Assembly (NCBI GenBank): GCA_049287565.1
Contig: JBAQGA010000059.1
Coordinates: forward strand, 1-59,030
Direction: 5' to 3'
Origin: Candidatus Aminicenantales bacterium
GTDB taxonomy: Bacteria; Acidobacteriota; Aminicenantia; Aminicenantales; UBA8522
DNA length: 59,030 bases
Part shown: positions 1 through 7,613 of the stretch, piece after piece
Layout of the letters: every line of letters starts with the position of its first letter
How positions within the stretch are numbered: the first letter of the stretch is position 1
The notes under the pieces: generated by a model
Database searches by the model: none
What the model saw: only the letters and a program-made list of their open reading frames with translations
What the model was told of the DNA's origin: nothing
Translations under genes and position numbers: made by a program

Positions 1-9
1 GGAAGGTTC

Positions 10-169
10 GGGGCAGTGGCATCGAAACCGCGCCCGTTTTCTCCCCAGCGCGGAAATTGTCATTGCGAGGAACAAAGTGACGAAGCAATCTCCATGAGAT
101 CGCCACGGCGCCTTCGACGCCTCGCGACGCCGGCTCATTCCTCATACGGGTTTCTCCTGCCACTGCCCC
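10..169 (+). repeat. R1 element copy A (12-bp terminal inverted repeats GGGGCAGTGGCA / TGCCACTGCCCC) with its core replaced by an R3 unit
   Basis: Left 49 nt and right ~36 nt align with copies B and C. The internal segment (about 59-129) is instead a CATTGCGAGG...GAAGCAATC-type unit. Lies downstream of ggt. Confidence 0.75.
59..129. repeat. R3 unit nested inside R1 copy A (right arm degenerate)
   Basis: GTCATTGCGAGGAACAAAGTGACGAAGCAATCTCC matches the left arm of the 5194-5267 unit. The right arm (GATCGCC...CTCGCGACG) is decayed. Confidence 0.6.
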
Positions 170-347
170 AAACCCTGGGAAAAAGAAGGAATAGGAGTGA
201 GGTTGTTGGTTTGCGAAGCAAAGCAACGGGGGTTCCAAGGGGGATGGCCCCCTTGGTCGCAGGACGCAGTCCGAGCAGGGGAGGCAGGGAGCGAAGCGAC
301 CGTTGGAAGGGGGAAGGCGAAGCGGATTCCCCCTCCAAGAGCCCGCT

Positions 348-383
348 GGGGAAGCGAGCGGGCTGACGAATCCAAACCCGAGC
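348..383 (+). repeat. R4 module GGGGAAGCGAGCGGGCTGACGAATCCAAACCCGAGCC
   Basis: Near-identical to 49305-49341 (GGGGAAGCGAGCGGGCTGACGATTCCATGCCCGAGCC) and related to the glnA terminator hairpin (CTCGGGCTGACGAACCCAAGCCCGAGCC on the minus strand, 11481-11512). A partial copy lies at 57091-57108. Confidence 0.65.
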
Positions 384-387
384 CATT

Positions 388-2133
388 CTAATAACCGGCT
401 CCGACGCCATCGCGGCGCGAATCGGCGCCTCCGTGAAGGATTCCTTTATCCCGCAAAATCATGATTCCCTGGGCGCCGCCGAAGTGCTTGTCATAGTCCT
501 TGAGGACGTCGACCTCCTGTCCCATCTCCCGGAGCTTCCGGATGACCACCTCCGGCAAACGGGATTCGACCTCGATGGAAGCCGCCTTTCCTCCCTCCGA
601 AAAGGAAAAGAAGCGCGGGGCCTCGATGGCTTCATCGAGCGACATCCCGAATTCAGTCACATTGAGGATAATCTGGGTGAGCGAGGAGAAGATCCGCGCC
701 CCTCCCGGAGAACCCAGCACCATGAAGGGTTTATCCTCCTTGAAGATGATGAGCGGAGCCATGAAGCTTACGGGGCGGCGTCCCGGTCCAGGCGCGTTGA
801 CGGATTCCGGGTCGAAGGCGAAGTCATCCATGTGGTCGTTGAGAAGAATGCCCGTTCCTTCAGGCACGATCCCCGTTCCGAAGAAATCATTGATGGACTG
901 GGTCAGTGAGACGATGTTTCCGGCCTCGTCGACGACGCAGAGATGCGTGGTATTGGCGGCATCCTTCTCTTTTAGTTTGAGCCCGGGAGGCGGATAGGCA
1001 TCGAGCGGTCGATCGTCCCGGACGAGCGAGGCGACCGTGGCCGCACGGTTTTTGGCAATGAGCTCTTGGACGGGGACGGGGACACTCTCCGGGTCGCCGA
1101 GGTAGAGCTCCCGGTCAGCGAAGATGAAACGCAGAGCTTCGCTCAAGTGATGGACATAGGCGGCAGAGTTCATCTCCCGTGCCTCGACCGGCCAGCACTC
1201 GATGATGTTGAGGAATTGGATGAGGTGCAGGCCTCCCGAGGCGGGAGGAGGAGCGGTGACGATCGTGAGGTCCTTGTAAGTCCCCTGCAAAGGTTCCACT
1301 TCAACGGCTTCATAGGACGCCAGGTCCTCCAGGGTCATGATTCCTCGCTTATCTTGGACCGCGGCAACGATCTTCCGGGCGATCTCACCCCGGTAGAACT
1401 CCTCCACTCCCCCGGCGGCGATCTGCCGCAACGTCCTGGCGAGGTCTGGATTCCGGAAGCGGTCTCCCGGTTCATAGGGAAGTCCGTCATTCAGATAGCC
1501 GCTTCCCTCAGGGAGATTCTTGATCAGGCGTTCATATTCTTCCTTGCTGATGTCGCTGAAGGTCGGGCTGATGATGTATCCCCGCTCGGCGATGGCGATG
1601 GCCTCGGTCATCGCCTCGGCCAAGGGCCGTGTGCCGTATTTCTTCAGGGCCAAGTCCCAGCCGGCCAAGGCCCCCGGCACCGCTACGGCCAGACCGCTGG
1701 CCGTCCGCCAATCCTTCTCTTCATCGCCTTTGTCCTTGAACATACGCGGCGAGGCGAGGTGTGGCGCTCTTTCCCGGAAGTTAATCACCGTGGTTCGCTT
1801 TTCCCCGGCCAGATGGATGACCATGAACCCGCCCCCTCCGATCCCCGAAGCAAAGGGCTCGGCCGCGTTCAGGGCGGAGGCGGTGGCAATCGCCGCATCG
1901 ACGGCGTTCCCCCCGTTCCGGAGCATCTTCAGACCGGCCTCGACGGCCAGGGGATGGGCGGCCACGACCATGGCCCGGCGTCCGCTATAGTTGAAAGGCG
2001 CGTGGCGGTCGGCCGAACGCGCCGGCGAATCCTCCCGGGGCTTCCGGCAGCTGGGCGTGGAGAGAGAGATGGACCAGAGGATCAAACAGAAGGCGGTCGT
2101 CGCCAGTGCTCTAGGGCTTCTGTTCCTGCTCAT
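388..2133 (-). CDS. ggt: gamma-glutamyltransferase (Ntn-hydrolase family), exported or membrane-anchored
   Basis: 581-aa ORF. Hydrophobic N-terminal signal/anchor (TTAFCLILWSISLSTPSC). GGT autoprocessing region DAANTTHLCVVDEAGNIVSLTQSIN and GSPGGARI near the C-terminus. The start overlaps the scpB stop by 23 nt. Confidence 0.9.
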   Translation of the reverse strand: MSRNRSPRALATTAFCLILWSISLSTPSCRKPREDSPARSADRHAPFNYSGRRAMVVAAHPLAVEAGLKMLRNGGNAVDAAIATASALNAAEPFASGIGGGGFMVIHLAGEKRTTVINFRERAPHLASPRMFKDKGDEEKDWRTASGLAVAVPGALAGWDLALKKYGTRPLAEAMTEAIAIAERGYIISPTFSDISKEEYERLIKNLPEGSGYLNDGLPYEPGDRFRNPDLARTLRQIAAGGVEEFYRGEIARKIVAAVQDKRGIMTLEDLASYEAVEVEPLQGTYKDLTIVTAPPPASGGLHLIQFLNIIECWPVEAREMNSAAYVHHLSEALRFIFADRELYLGDPESVPVPVQELIAKNRAATVASLVRDDRPLDAYPPPGLKLKEKDAANTTHLCVVDEAGNIVSLTQSINDFFGTGIVPEGTGILLNDHMDDFAFDPESVNAPGPGRRPVSFMAPLIIFKEDKPFMVLGSPGGARIFSSLTQIILNVTEFGMSLDEAIEAPRFFSFSEGGKAASIEVESRLPEVVIRKLREMGQEVDVLKDYDKHFGGAQGIMILRDKGILHGGADSRRDGVGAGY

Positions 2134-2677
2134 CCGTCTTGTCCTCCCCGAGGATCCTGGCGATCTCCTCCTCGGTCGGCAGCTCTTCCAGGCTGTTCAG
2201 CCCGAAGTAAGCCAGGAAACGTTCGGTCGTCCGGTAGATCAAGGGATTTCCCGGGCTCTTTTTTCGTCCGGTGATCTTGATCAGCTTCTTCTCGAGCAGG
2301 GTCTTGATCGTGTACGAAGAATCGACGTTGCGGAGAGCCGAGATCTCGGACAAAGTGATCGGCTGGTGATAGGCAATGATGGACAGAGTCTCCAGGGAGG
2401 CCGATGTCAGCTTGCTCTTGCGGTCTATCTTCAGAAACCGTCTCACCCAGGGGTCAAACTCCCGCCGGGTGGTGAAGACATAGCCTCCCCCGCTCTGGAT
2501 GACGGAGATGCCGCGCCCGGGAGCCGCGCAGTCCCGGAGGAGCTCCCGGAGGCTCTGTTCAACCTCTTCCGGAGGATGGTCGGCCAGGGTCTCCTTGATC
2601 TTTTCGAGCGACAGCGGTTCCAGGGAGACGAAAATCAGCGCTTCGATAATCTCTTTCAAGCCAGGTGCCATGATCAT
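2111..2677 (-). CDS. scpB: segregation and condensation protein B (SMC-ScpAB kleisin partner)
   Basis: 188 aa. N-terminus LKEIIEALIFVSLEPLSLEKI and winged-helix repeat pattern (SLETLSIIAYHQPITLSEISALR) typical of ScpB. 4-nt ATGA overlap with scpA. Confidence 0.85.
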   Translation of the reverse strand: MIMAPGLKEIIEALIFVSLEPLSLEKIKETLADHPPEEVEQSLRELLRDCAAPGRGISVIQSGGGYVFTTRREFDPWVRRFLKIDRKSKLTSASLETLSIIAYHQPITLSEISALRNVDSSYTIKTLLEKKLIKITGRKKSPGNPLIYRTTERFLAYFGLNSLEELPTEEEIARILGEDKTDEQEQKP

Positions 2678-3405
2678 TGCCTCATCGATGATTCCTTGCG
2701 CAGCCAGACTTTGATGGTTTGGAAGAGTTGTTCCTGGATGGCGATCACCAGCCGGGCCTTGATGAGCTCGAGCAGGCTGAAGAAGGAGACGATCGCCCCC
2801 TCCAGGGTCTCCTGCCGGCTGAAGTATTCCAGGAAATCGAGAACCTTTTCCTTTTCCAGCTCGGCGATGATTTCTTTCATCTTTTCTTCGAGCGAATAGT
2901 CCTTTCCTCGGACGACCTTGAAGTTCTCCGCCTCCTTCCGTTTCATCAGAACGAAGAAGGTCTCGGCCAGGTCGAACAGCGAGACCTCGACCAGGTCGGG
3001 CTCCCCCGGTTCAGGAAGAAGGGGCAGGATCTCGCGCGTCCAGAGCGACAGCTGTTCTTCCTCCCGTTCTTTGAGGAGGGAACAGGCGGCCTTGATTTTC
3101 TGGAACTCGACGAGCTGGTCAACCAGAAAACGGCGCGGGTCCGCGCTTTCGAGGAAGGATTCCTCGCGGGGCAGGAGAAGCTGCGATTTGATGTGGATGA
3201 GCAGTGCCGCCATCAGCACGAACTCCGCTTCGCGGTCGAGGTTGATCTGCTCTTTGCGGGTCAGGTAATCCAGGTACTCCCGGGTGATGACGGCGATCGG
3301 GATGTTATGGATATCGATCTTCTTCTTGCGGATGAGGAACAGCAGAAGGTCGAGAGGTCCTTCGAAAATCTCCAGCCTGACTTGGTAGCTTTCTGAGGTC
3401 TCCAT
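2674..3405 (-). CDS. scpA: segregation and condensation protein A (kleisin)
   Basis: The ORF track extends to 4185, but the first ~260 aa are an Arg/Pro-rich out-of-frame read through trpS. The ATG at 3403-3405 begins METSESYQVRLEIFEGPLDLLLFLIRKKKIDIHNIPIA, a typical ScpA N-terminus. Confidence 0.85.
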   Translation of the reverse strand: METSESYQVRLEIFEGPLDLLLFLIRKKKIDIHNIPIAVITREYLDYLTRKEQINLDREAEFVLMAALLIHIKSQLLLPREESFLESADPRRFLVDQLVEFQKIKAACSLLKEREEEQLSLWTREILPLLPEPGEPDLVEVSLFDLAETFFVLMKRKEAENFKVVRGKDYSLEEKMKEIIAELEKEKVLDFLEYFSRQETLEGAIVSFFSLLELIKARLVIAIQEQLFQTIKVWLRKESSMRQ

Positions 3406-3431
3406 CGGGGTCTGCAGGCGTCTGTCCCTTT

Positions 3432-4430
3432 CTAAAATCCGACGGCGGCTCGGACGGCCTCCATGGTTTCTTGAGCGGTCCGGCGAGCCCGATCGTTCCC
3501 TTGCTCGAGGATCGCCCGGACCTGGGCGGGATTTTTTTCGTAGAGGGCTCGCTTTTCCCAGTAGGGAGTCAGCAGGCGGATAAGGCTGTCGATGACGACA
3601 TTCTTGCATTCCAGGCAGCCGATCCCGGCCCGGCGGCATTCTCTGGCCAGCTCCTCGCGGCGTTCTTTGTCGACGAAGGCGCGGTGCAGGGTGAAGACCG
3701 GACAGTCGTTCGGCTCTCCGGGATCCGATCGCCGCTTCCGCCGGGTATCGGTCACCATCGGCGCGATTTTCTCCCTGATGACCTCGAGAGAATCTTTGAG
3801 ATAGATGGCGTTGCCGAAGGACTTGCTCATCTTCCGGCCGTCCGTCCCGGCCAGCCAGGGAGTTTCGGTGAGCATTTGCTGGGGTTCGGGGAAGACCTCG
3901 CCGAAGAGGCGGTTGAAACGGCGGCAGATCTCCCGGGCTAGTTCTAGATGGGCGGTCTGGTCCTCGCCCACGGGGACGATCTCGGCCCGGTAGATGAGGA
4001 TATCGGCGGTCTGGAGAACGGGATAACCGAGATAGCCGTAGGTGTTGATATCCCTGTCCTCCAGTTCTTTCTGCATATCCTTGAACGTCGGCACTCTTTC
4101 CACCCAAGGGAGGGGTGTGATCATCGAGAGCAGGAGGTGGAGCTCGGCGTGCTCCTTGACTTCCGACTGAACGAAGAGGACGCATTTCTCGGGGTCCAGG
4201 CCGATGCTGAGCAAGTCAACGGCCATTTCGAAGGTGAAATCCTTGATGATCCTGGAATTTTGGTATTCCGAGCTGAGGGCATGCCAGGTGACGATCGAAT
4301 AGAAGCAGGTGTATTCGTCCTGGAGGCGGAGCCAGTTCCGCATGGCGCCGGCGTAGTTGCCCAGGTGGGCGGGCCCGGTGGGACGAACGCCGCTGAGGAC
4401 GATCTTTTTCTTGTGTTCGCTCATGGTCAT
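3432..4430 (-). CDS. trpS: tryptophan--tRNA ligase
   Basis: 332 aa. Class I motifs PTGPAHLGNY (HIGH-like) and KMSKS. Overall TrpRS-like sequence. ATGA overlap with the upstream M50 protease gene. Confidence 0.93.
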   Translation of the reverse strand: MTMSEHKKKIVLSGVRPTGPAHLGNYAGAMRNWLRLQDEYTCFYSIVTWHALSSEYQNSRIIKDFTFEMAVDLLSIGLDPEKCVLFVQSEVKEHAELHLLLSMITPLPWVERVPTFKDMQKELEDRDINTYGYLGYPVLQTADILIYRAEIVPVGEDQTAHLELAREICRRFNRLFGEVFPEPQQMLTETPWLAGTDGRKMSKSFGNAIYLKDSLEVIREKIAPMVTDTRRKRRSDPGEPNDCPVFTLHRAFVDKERREELARECRRAGIGCLECKNVVIDSLIRLLTPYWEKRALYEKNPAQVRAILEQGNDRARRTAQETMEAVRAAVGF

Positions 4431-5107
4431 AGAAAAACGACGGTATAGATGAGAATCTGGATGGGCCGGATGATCACGCTCAGGACTCCGAGATAGATCA
4501 GGCCGAGGACGATGAGAAAACCGTAGGGCCGCAGCCGCTCGTACTTCTGGGCGGCCTCTTCGGAGAGAAGCCCCATCAGGACGCCGCTTCCATCGAGAGG
4601 AGGCACGGGGATGAGGTTGAAGACAACGAGATAAGAATTCACGAGCGCGCCGTAGAAAAAGATGATGGCGAGGGCTTCCATGGGGTGGAAACCACCCGAT
4701 AGCCCTCCCCGTCCCGTGAGGAAGTTTAAAAGAAACGCCGATGCGCTCGGACTGAGCAGTTTGATCAGGATGATGGCGAAGAGCGAGAAGGCGGCCGCCA
4801 GGATGTTCGCCATCGGCCCGGCCGCCGATATCCAGAGGTTGTCCTTCCGGGGATTCCTGAGGTTAAAAGGATTCACGGGCACGGGCTTGGCCCAGCCGAA
4901 CACAGGGGCTCTCATGATGACGAGAAGGAGCGGCAGAAGAACCGTGCCGAACGGGTCGATATGGGCGATCGGGTTGAGGGTCACCCGGCCCATCCTCCGG
5001 GCCGTGTCGTCCCCGAACTTCGAGGCCGCCCAGCCGTGCGCGGCCTCATGGATGGTGATGGCGAAGAGCAAAACAAATAGGCTGATGACAATGCTGATGA
5101 TATTCAT
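4427..5107 (-). CDS. site-2 protease family (M50) membrane metalloprotease
   Basis: 226 aa, polytopic hydrophobic protein with HEAAHGWAA (HExxH) in TM1 and a later LDG-type motif (PPLDGSG). Confidence 0.8.
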   Translation of the reverse strand: MNIISIVISLFVLLFAITIHEAAHGWAASKFGDDTARRMGRVTLNPIAHIDPFGTVLLPLLLVIMRAPVFGWAKPVPVNPFNLRNPRKDNLWISAAGPMANILAAAFSLFAIILIKLLSPSASAFLLNFLTGRGGLSGGFHPMEALAIIFFYGALVNSYLVVFNLIPVPPLDGSGVLMGLLSEEAAQKYERLRPYGFLIVLGLIYLGVLSVIIRPIQILIYTVVFL

Positions 5108-5143
5108 TTTAAATCAGACGTATTTATAGCACATCGGCCGCTT

Positions 5144-5176
5144 AAAAAAAAGGACGGCTCCCAATGAGAGCCGTCC
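5144..5176 (-). terminator. rho-independent terminator ending the GltB-like operon
   Basis: On the minus strand: GGACGGCTC-TCATTGG-GAGCCGTCC (9-bp GC-rich stem, 5152-5176) followed by T8 (5151-5144). Confidence 0.8.
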
Positions 5177-5193
5177 CCTGGAGTGTCTCAAGT

Positions 5194-5267
5194 GTAATTG
5201 CGAGGAGCGCAGCGACGAAGCAATCCCCCCATGCGCCGGAGATTGCTTCGCCAAGGCTCGCAATGAC
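5194..5267. repeat. R3 palindromic unit GTAATTGCGAGGAGCGCAGCGACGAAGCAATC ... GATTGCTTCGCCAAGGCTCGCAATGAC
   Basis: Imperfect ~74-nt palindrome (ATTGCGAG/CTCGCAAT outer arms, GAAGCAATC/GATTGCTTC inner arms) between the GltB-like stop and its terminator. A second unit is nested in R1 copy A. Confidence 0.7.
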
Positions 5268-5282
5268 ATGCAGAGCGGGAGG

Positions 5283-6860
5283 TCAGCTTTTCAGTATCTT
5301 TTCGACTTCCTCTTTATCGACATCGAGGATGTAAGGAATGCCGCTGATGGTGGCGGCGTCCTGGGTCAGCGAGGCGATGTCGTCGCGGGTGACATAGCCG
5401 AGAGAGAACTTCCTGTTTCCGGCCATGAGCTGGCGGACGCCCTGGCTCAGGCGCGTGAAGTAGGAGTAAAGTCCCATCGCTCCGGTCGGGAGCTCGTTGA
5501 ATTTTTCCCCGTATTTCCGCTTGAGCTCGGGCGCCGTGACGAAGATCTCTTCGGCGCTCGAACCGAACCGTTCGACGTAGACCGGAATCTGGCCTTCCTG
5601 GATGCGCTTGCCGATCGTCTTGCCGACCATGGTCGCGGCCATCGGGCCTCGGGCCATGCCCACCGCCTTGACGTAGGGCGCTCCGAGCGCCAGGGCCTTG
5701 AAGATCTGGTCCTCGAACGTGATCCCGCCGGCGAAGACGATATCGGGGAGGTATTCGCCGGCCTTGGCCAGATGATGGGCGTATCGGTAAGTGAGAGACC
5801 AGATCTCCACACTCGGGATGCCCCACTCGTTCATCATTCGCCAGGGGCTCATTCCCGTTCCTCCGCCGGCCCCGTCCACAGTCAGCATGTCGATCTTGGC
5901 TTTGGAGGCGAATTTCACGGCCCGGGCCAGGTCGGCGGGCCGATAGGCACCGGTCTTCAGGAAGACATATTTCGCGCCCGCCCGGCGGAGCTCCTCGACC
6001 CTTTTCATAAAACTCTCCTCCTCGACCATCCCCAGCCGGGAATGCCGCTCGAACTCCTTGAAGCTTCCCTTTTCGAAGGCCTGGATGACGTTTGGATCCT
6101 CGGGATCGGGGAGGACGATATAGCCCCTTCTCTTCAGTTCCTGGGCTTTGGCCAGGCTTTTGATCTTGACCTCGCCGCCGATGTCCTTGGCGCCCTGGCC
6201 CCACTTGAGCTCGACTGCCTGAATCCCTAGCTTTTCGATGACGTACTCCTGGACTCCCAGCCGAGTGTCCTCGACGTTGGCCTGGACGACCACCGTGCCG
6301 TAGCCGTCCTGCCATTGCTGGAAGAGGCCGACGCGCGTTTCCATGTCCGGCGAGCGGACGATCCGTCCGTTCTTGATCTCGGATTCCTCGTCCATGGCGC
6401 AGACGTTTTCGCCGACAGTCAGGATAACACCTGAGATGGCCGCTCCGATGGCTAGGCCCTGCCAGTTTTGCTTGGCGACGTTGGTCGAACCCATGCCGCC
6501 GAGGACGAAGGGCACCCGGAGTTTGATCCCCTTGTCCCGGCCGACAGCGGTCTCGATGCTGACCTTCTCAAAGGTCGCCTTGTCGCTGTCCGCTTCCACA
6601 CCGTAGGCCCCGACGGCCGTCCCCATGATGCTGAAATGGGAGAGGTCGACGGGGTATTCCTTCTCCGAGGCCGCCGTGATGATGCCGAACGGCTGCGGAT
6701 AAAGGACCTCCGCGCCCCGGTAGGCCGATTTGCCGATCTCGCACATGCCGATGCAGCCGTCCACACAGGTGACGCACATGCCGCTGAACGGGCTGATCGA
6801 TCCCTCTGTCCTGTTCTTGGTCAAGGTTGCCGCGCTTCGGTTGAGTTTCGTATAGGCCAT
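5283..6860 (-). CDS. glutamate synthase-related FMN-binding protein (GltB domain-2 only) with N-terminal Cys cluster
   Basis: 525 aa. COG0069-type signature TVDGAGGGTGMSP and FAGGITFEDQIFKALALGA. N-terminal CVTCVDGCIGMCEIG motif. SD GAGGAGG upstream. No amidotransferase or GXGXG domain. Confidence 0.8.
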   Translation of the reverse strand: MAYTKLNRSAATLTKNRTEGSISPFSGMCVTCVDGCIGMCEIGKSAYRGAEVLYPQPFGIITAASEKEYPVDLSHFSIMGTAVGAYGVEADSDKATFEKVSIETAVGRDKGIKLRVPFVLGGMGSTNVAKQNWQGLAIGAAISGVILTVGENVCAMDEESEIKNGRIVRSPDMETRVGLFQQWQDGYGTVVVQANVEDTRLGVQEYVIEKLGIQAVELKWGQGAKDIGGEVKIKSLAKAQELKRRGYIVLPDPEDPNVIQAFEKGSFKEFERHSRLGMVEEESFMKRVEELRRAGAKYVFLKTGAYRPADLARAVKFASKAKIDMLTVDGAGGGTGMSPWRMMNEWGIPSVEIWSLTYRYAHHLAKAGEYLPDIVFAGGITFEDQIFKALALGAPYVKAVGMARGPMAATMVGKTIGKRIQEGQIPVYVERFGSSAEEIFVTAPELKRKYGEKFNELPTGAMGLYSYFTRLSQGVRQLMAGNRKFSLGYVTRDDIASLTQDAATISGIPYILDVDKEEVEKILKS

Positions 6861-6914
6861 GATTACCTCCTCATGTTCGCGATTTTATTCGAAGCGATTG
6901 GGTGCATTGTTTCC

Positions 6915-7613
6915 TTATTTTGGCTCTTTCTCAGCCGGCGTTTCCTGGACGCAAGTGCCGCACCGCCCGGCGTCATACATCCAGCATTGGAGCTCGCCGT
7001 AGGCGTCCAGACAGGTGGGTTCCATTGTCAAGCAGGCGTTGCAGACTGCGGTTTCGGCCTCAGGGCCCTGACAGCGCAACTGGCAGGCCGGACAGATATA
7101 CATACAGCCGCCGCAGAGCCGGCATTCCTCCGACCGGATGTCGAACGGCGTTGATATCTTCCTCTTGTTGCCCCTGTTCTGGAAACCGATGGCCCGGCCG
7201 TCCATCTGCTCGGCGCACATCCGGACGCAGAGGCCGCAGAGGATACATTCCTCGTTGCGGGGAGTGAAGCGCATCCGGGTGACGCCGAACTTGGAGGCGA
7301 GATCCTGGATTGTCTTGGAGTTTGGGGCCACGGAAAGCATCAGCTCGATCATCATCCGGCGTGCTTCGATGACCCTCTTGGTGTCGGTGTGGACGACCAA
7401 TCCCTCTTCGGCGGGATAGGTGCAGGAAGAGACGAGCTTCGTCCTCGGCTTGACACCGATCTCCACGAGGCAGAGACGGCATCCTCCATAGACGCTCAAT
7501 CCCTCGTTGTAACAGAGAGTGGGAATCTCGAGGCCGTAGAACTTGGCCGTTTCCAGGATCGTCCAGCCCTCCTCGGCTTGAACATCCAGACCGTTCATCC
7601 TGAAGGTGATCAT
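6915..7613 (-). CDS. 2Fe-2S plus 4Fe-4S ferredoxin-domain protein (NuoG/HydA N-terminal-like, no catalytic domain)
   Basis: 232 aa. MITFRMNG...CYNEGLSVYGGCRLCLVEIG (NuoG/HydA-type 2Fe-2S). CILCGLCVRMC and CRLCGGCMYICP ferredoxin motifs. Extra Cys-rich tail. ATGA overlap with the upstream gene. Confidence 0.75.
   Translation of the reverse strand: MITFRMNGLDVQAEEGWTILETAKFYGLEIPTLCYNEGLSVYGGCRLCLVEIGVKPRTKLVSSCTYPAEEGLVVHTDTKRVIEARRMMIELMLSVAPNSKTIQDLASKFGVTRMRFTPRNEECILCGLCVRMCAEQMDGRAIGFQNRGNKRKISTPFDIRSEECRLCGGCMYICPACQLRCQGPEAETAVCNACLTMEPTCLDAYGELQCWMYDAGRCGTCVQETPAEKEPK

Noticed and set aside
3406-4185. N-terminal 260-aa extension of the scpA ORF (track ORF 2674-4185).
   Set aside because: The extension is Arg/Pro-rich and runs out of frame through the whole trpS gene. 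The conserved ScpA sequence starts at the internal ATG 3405.
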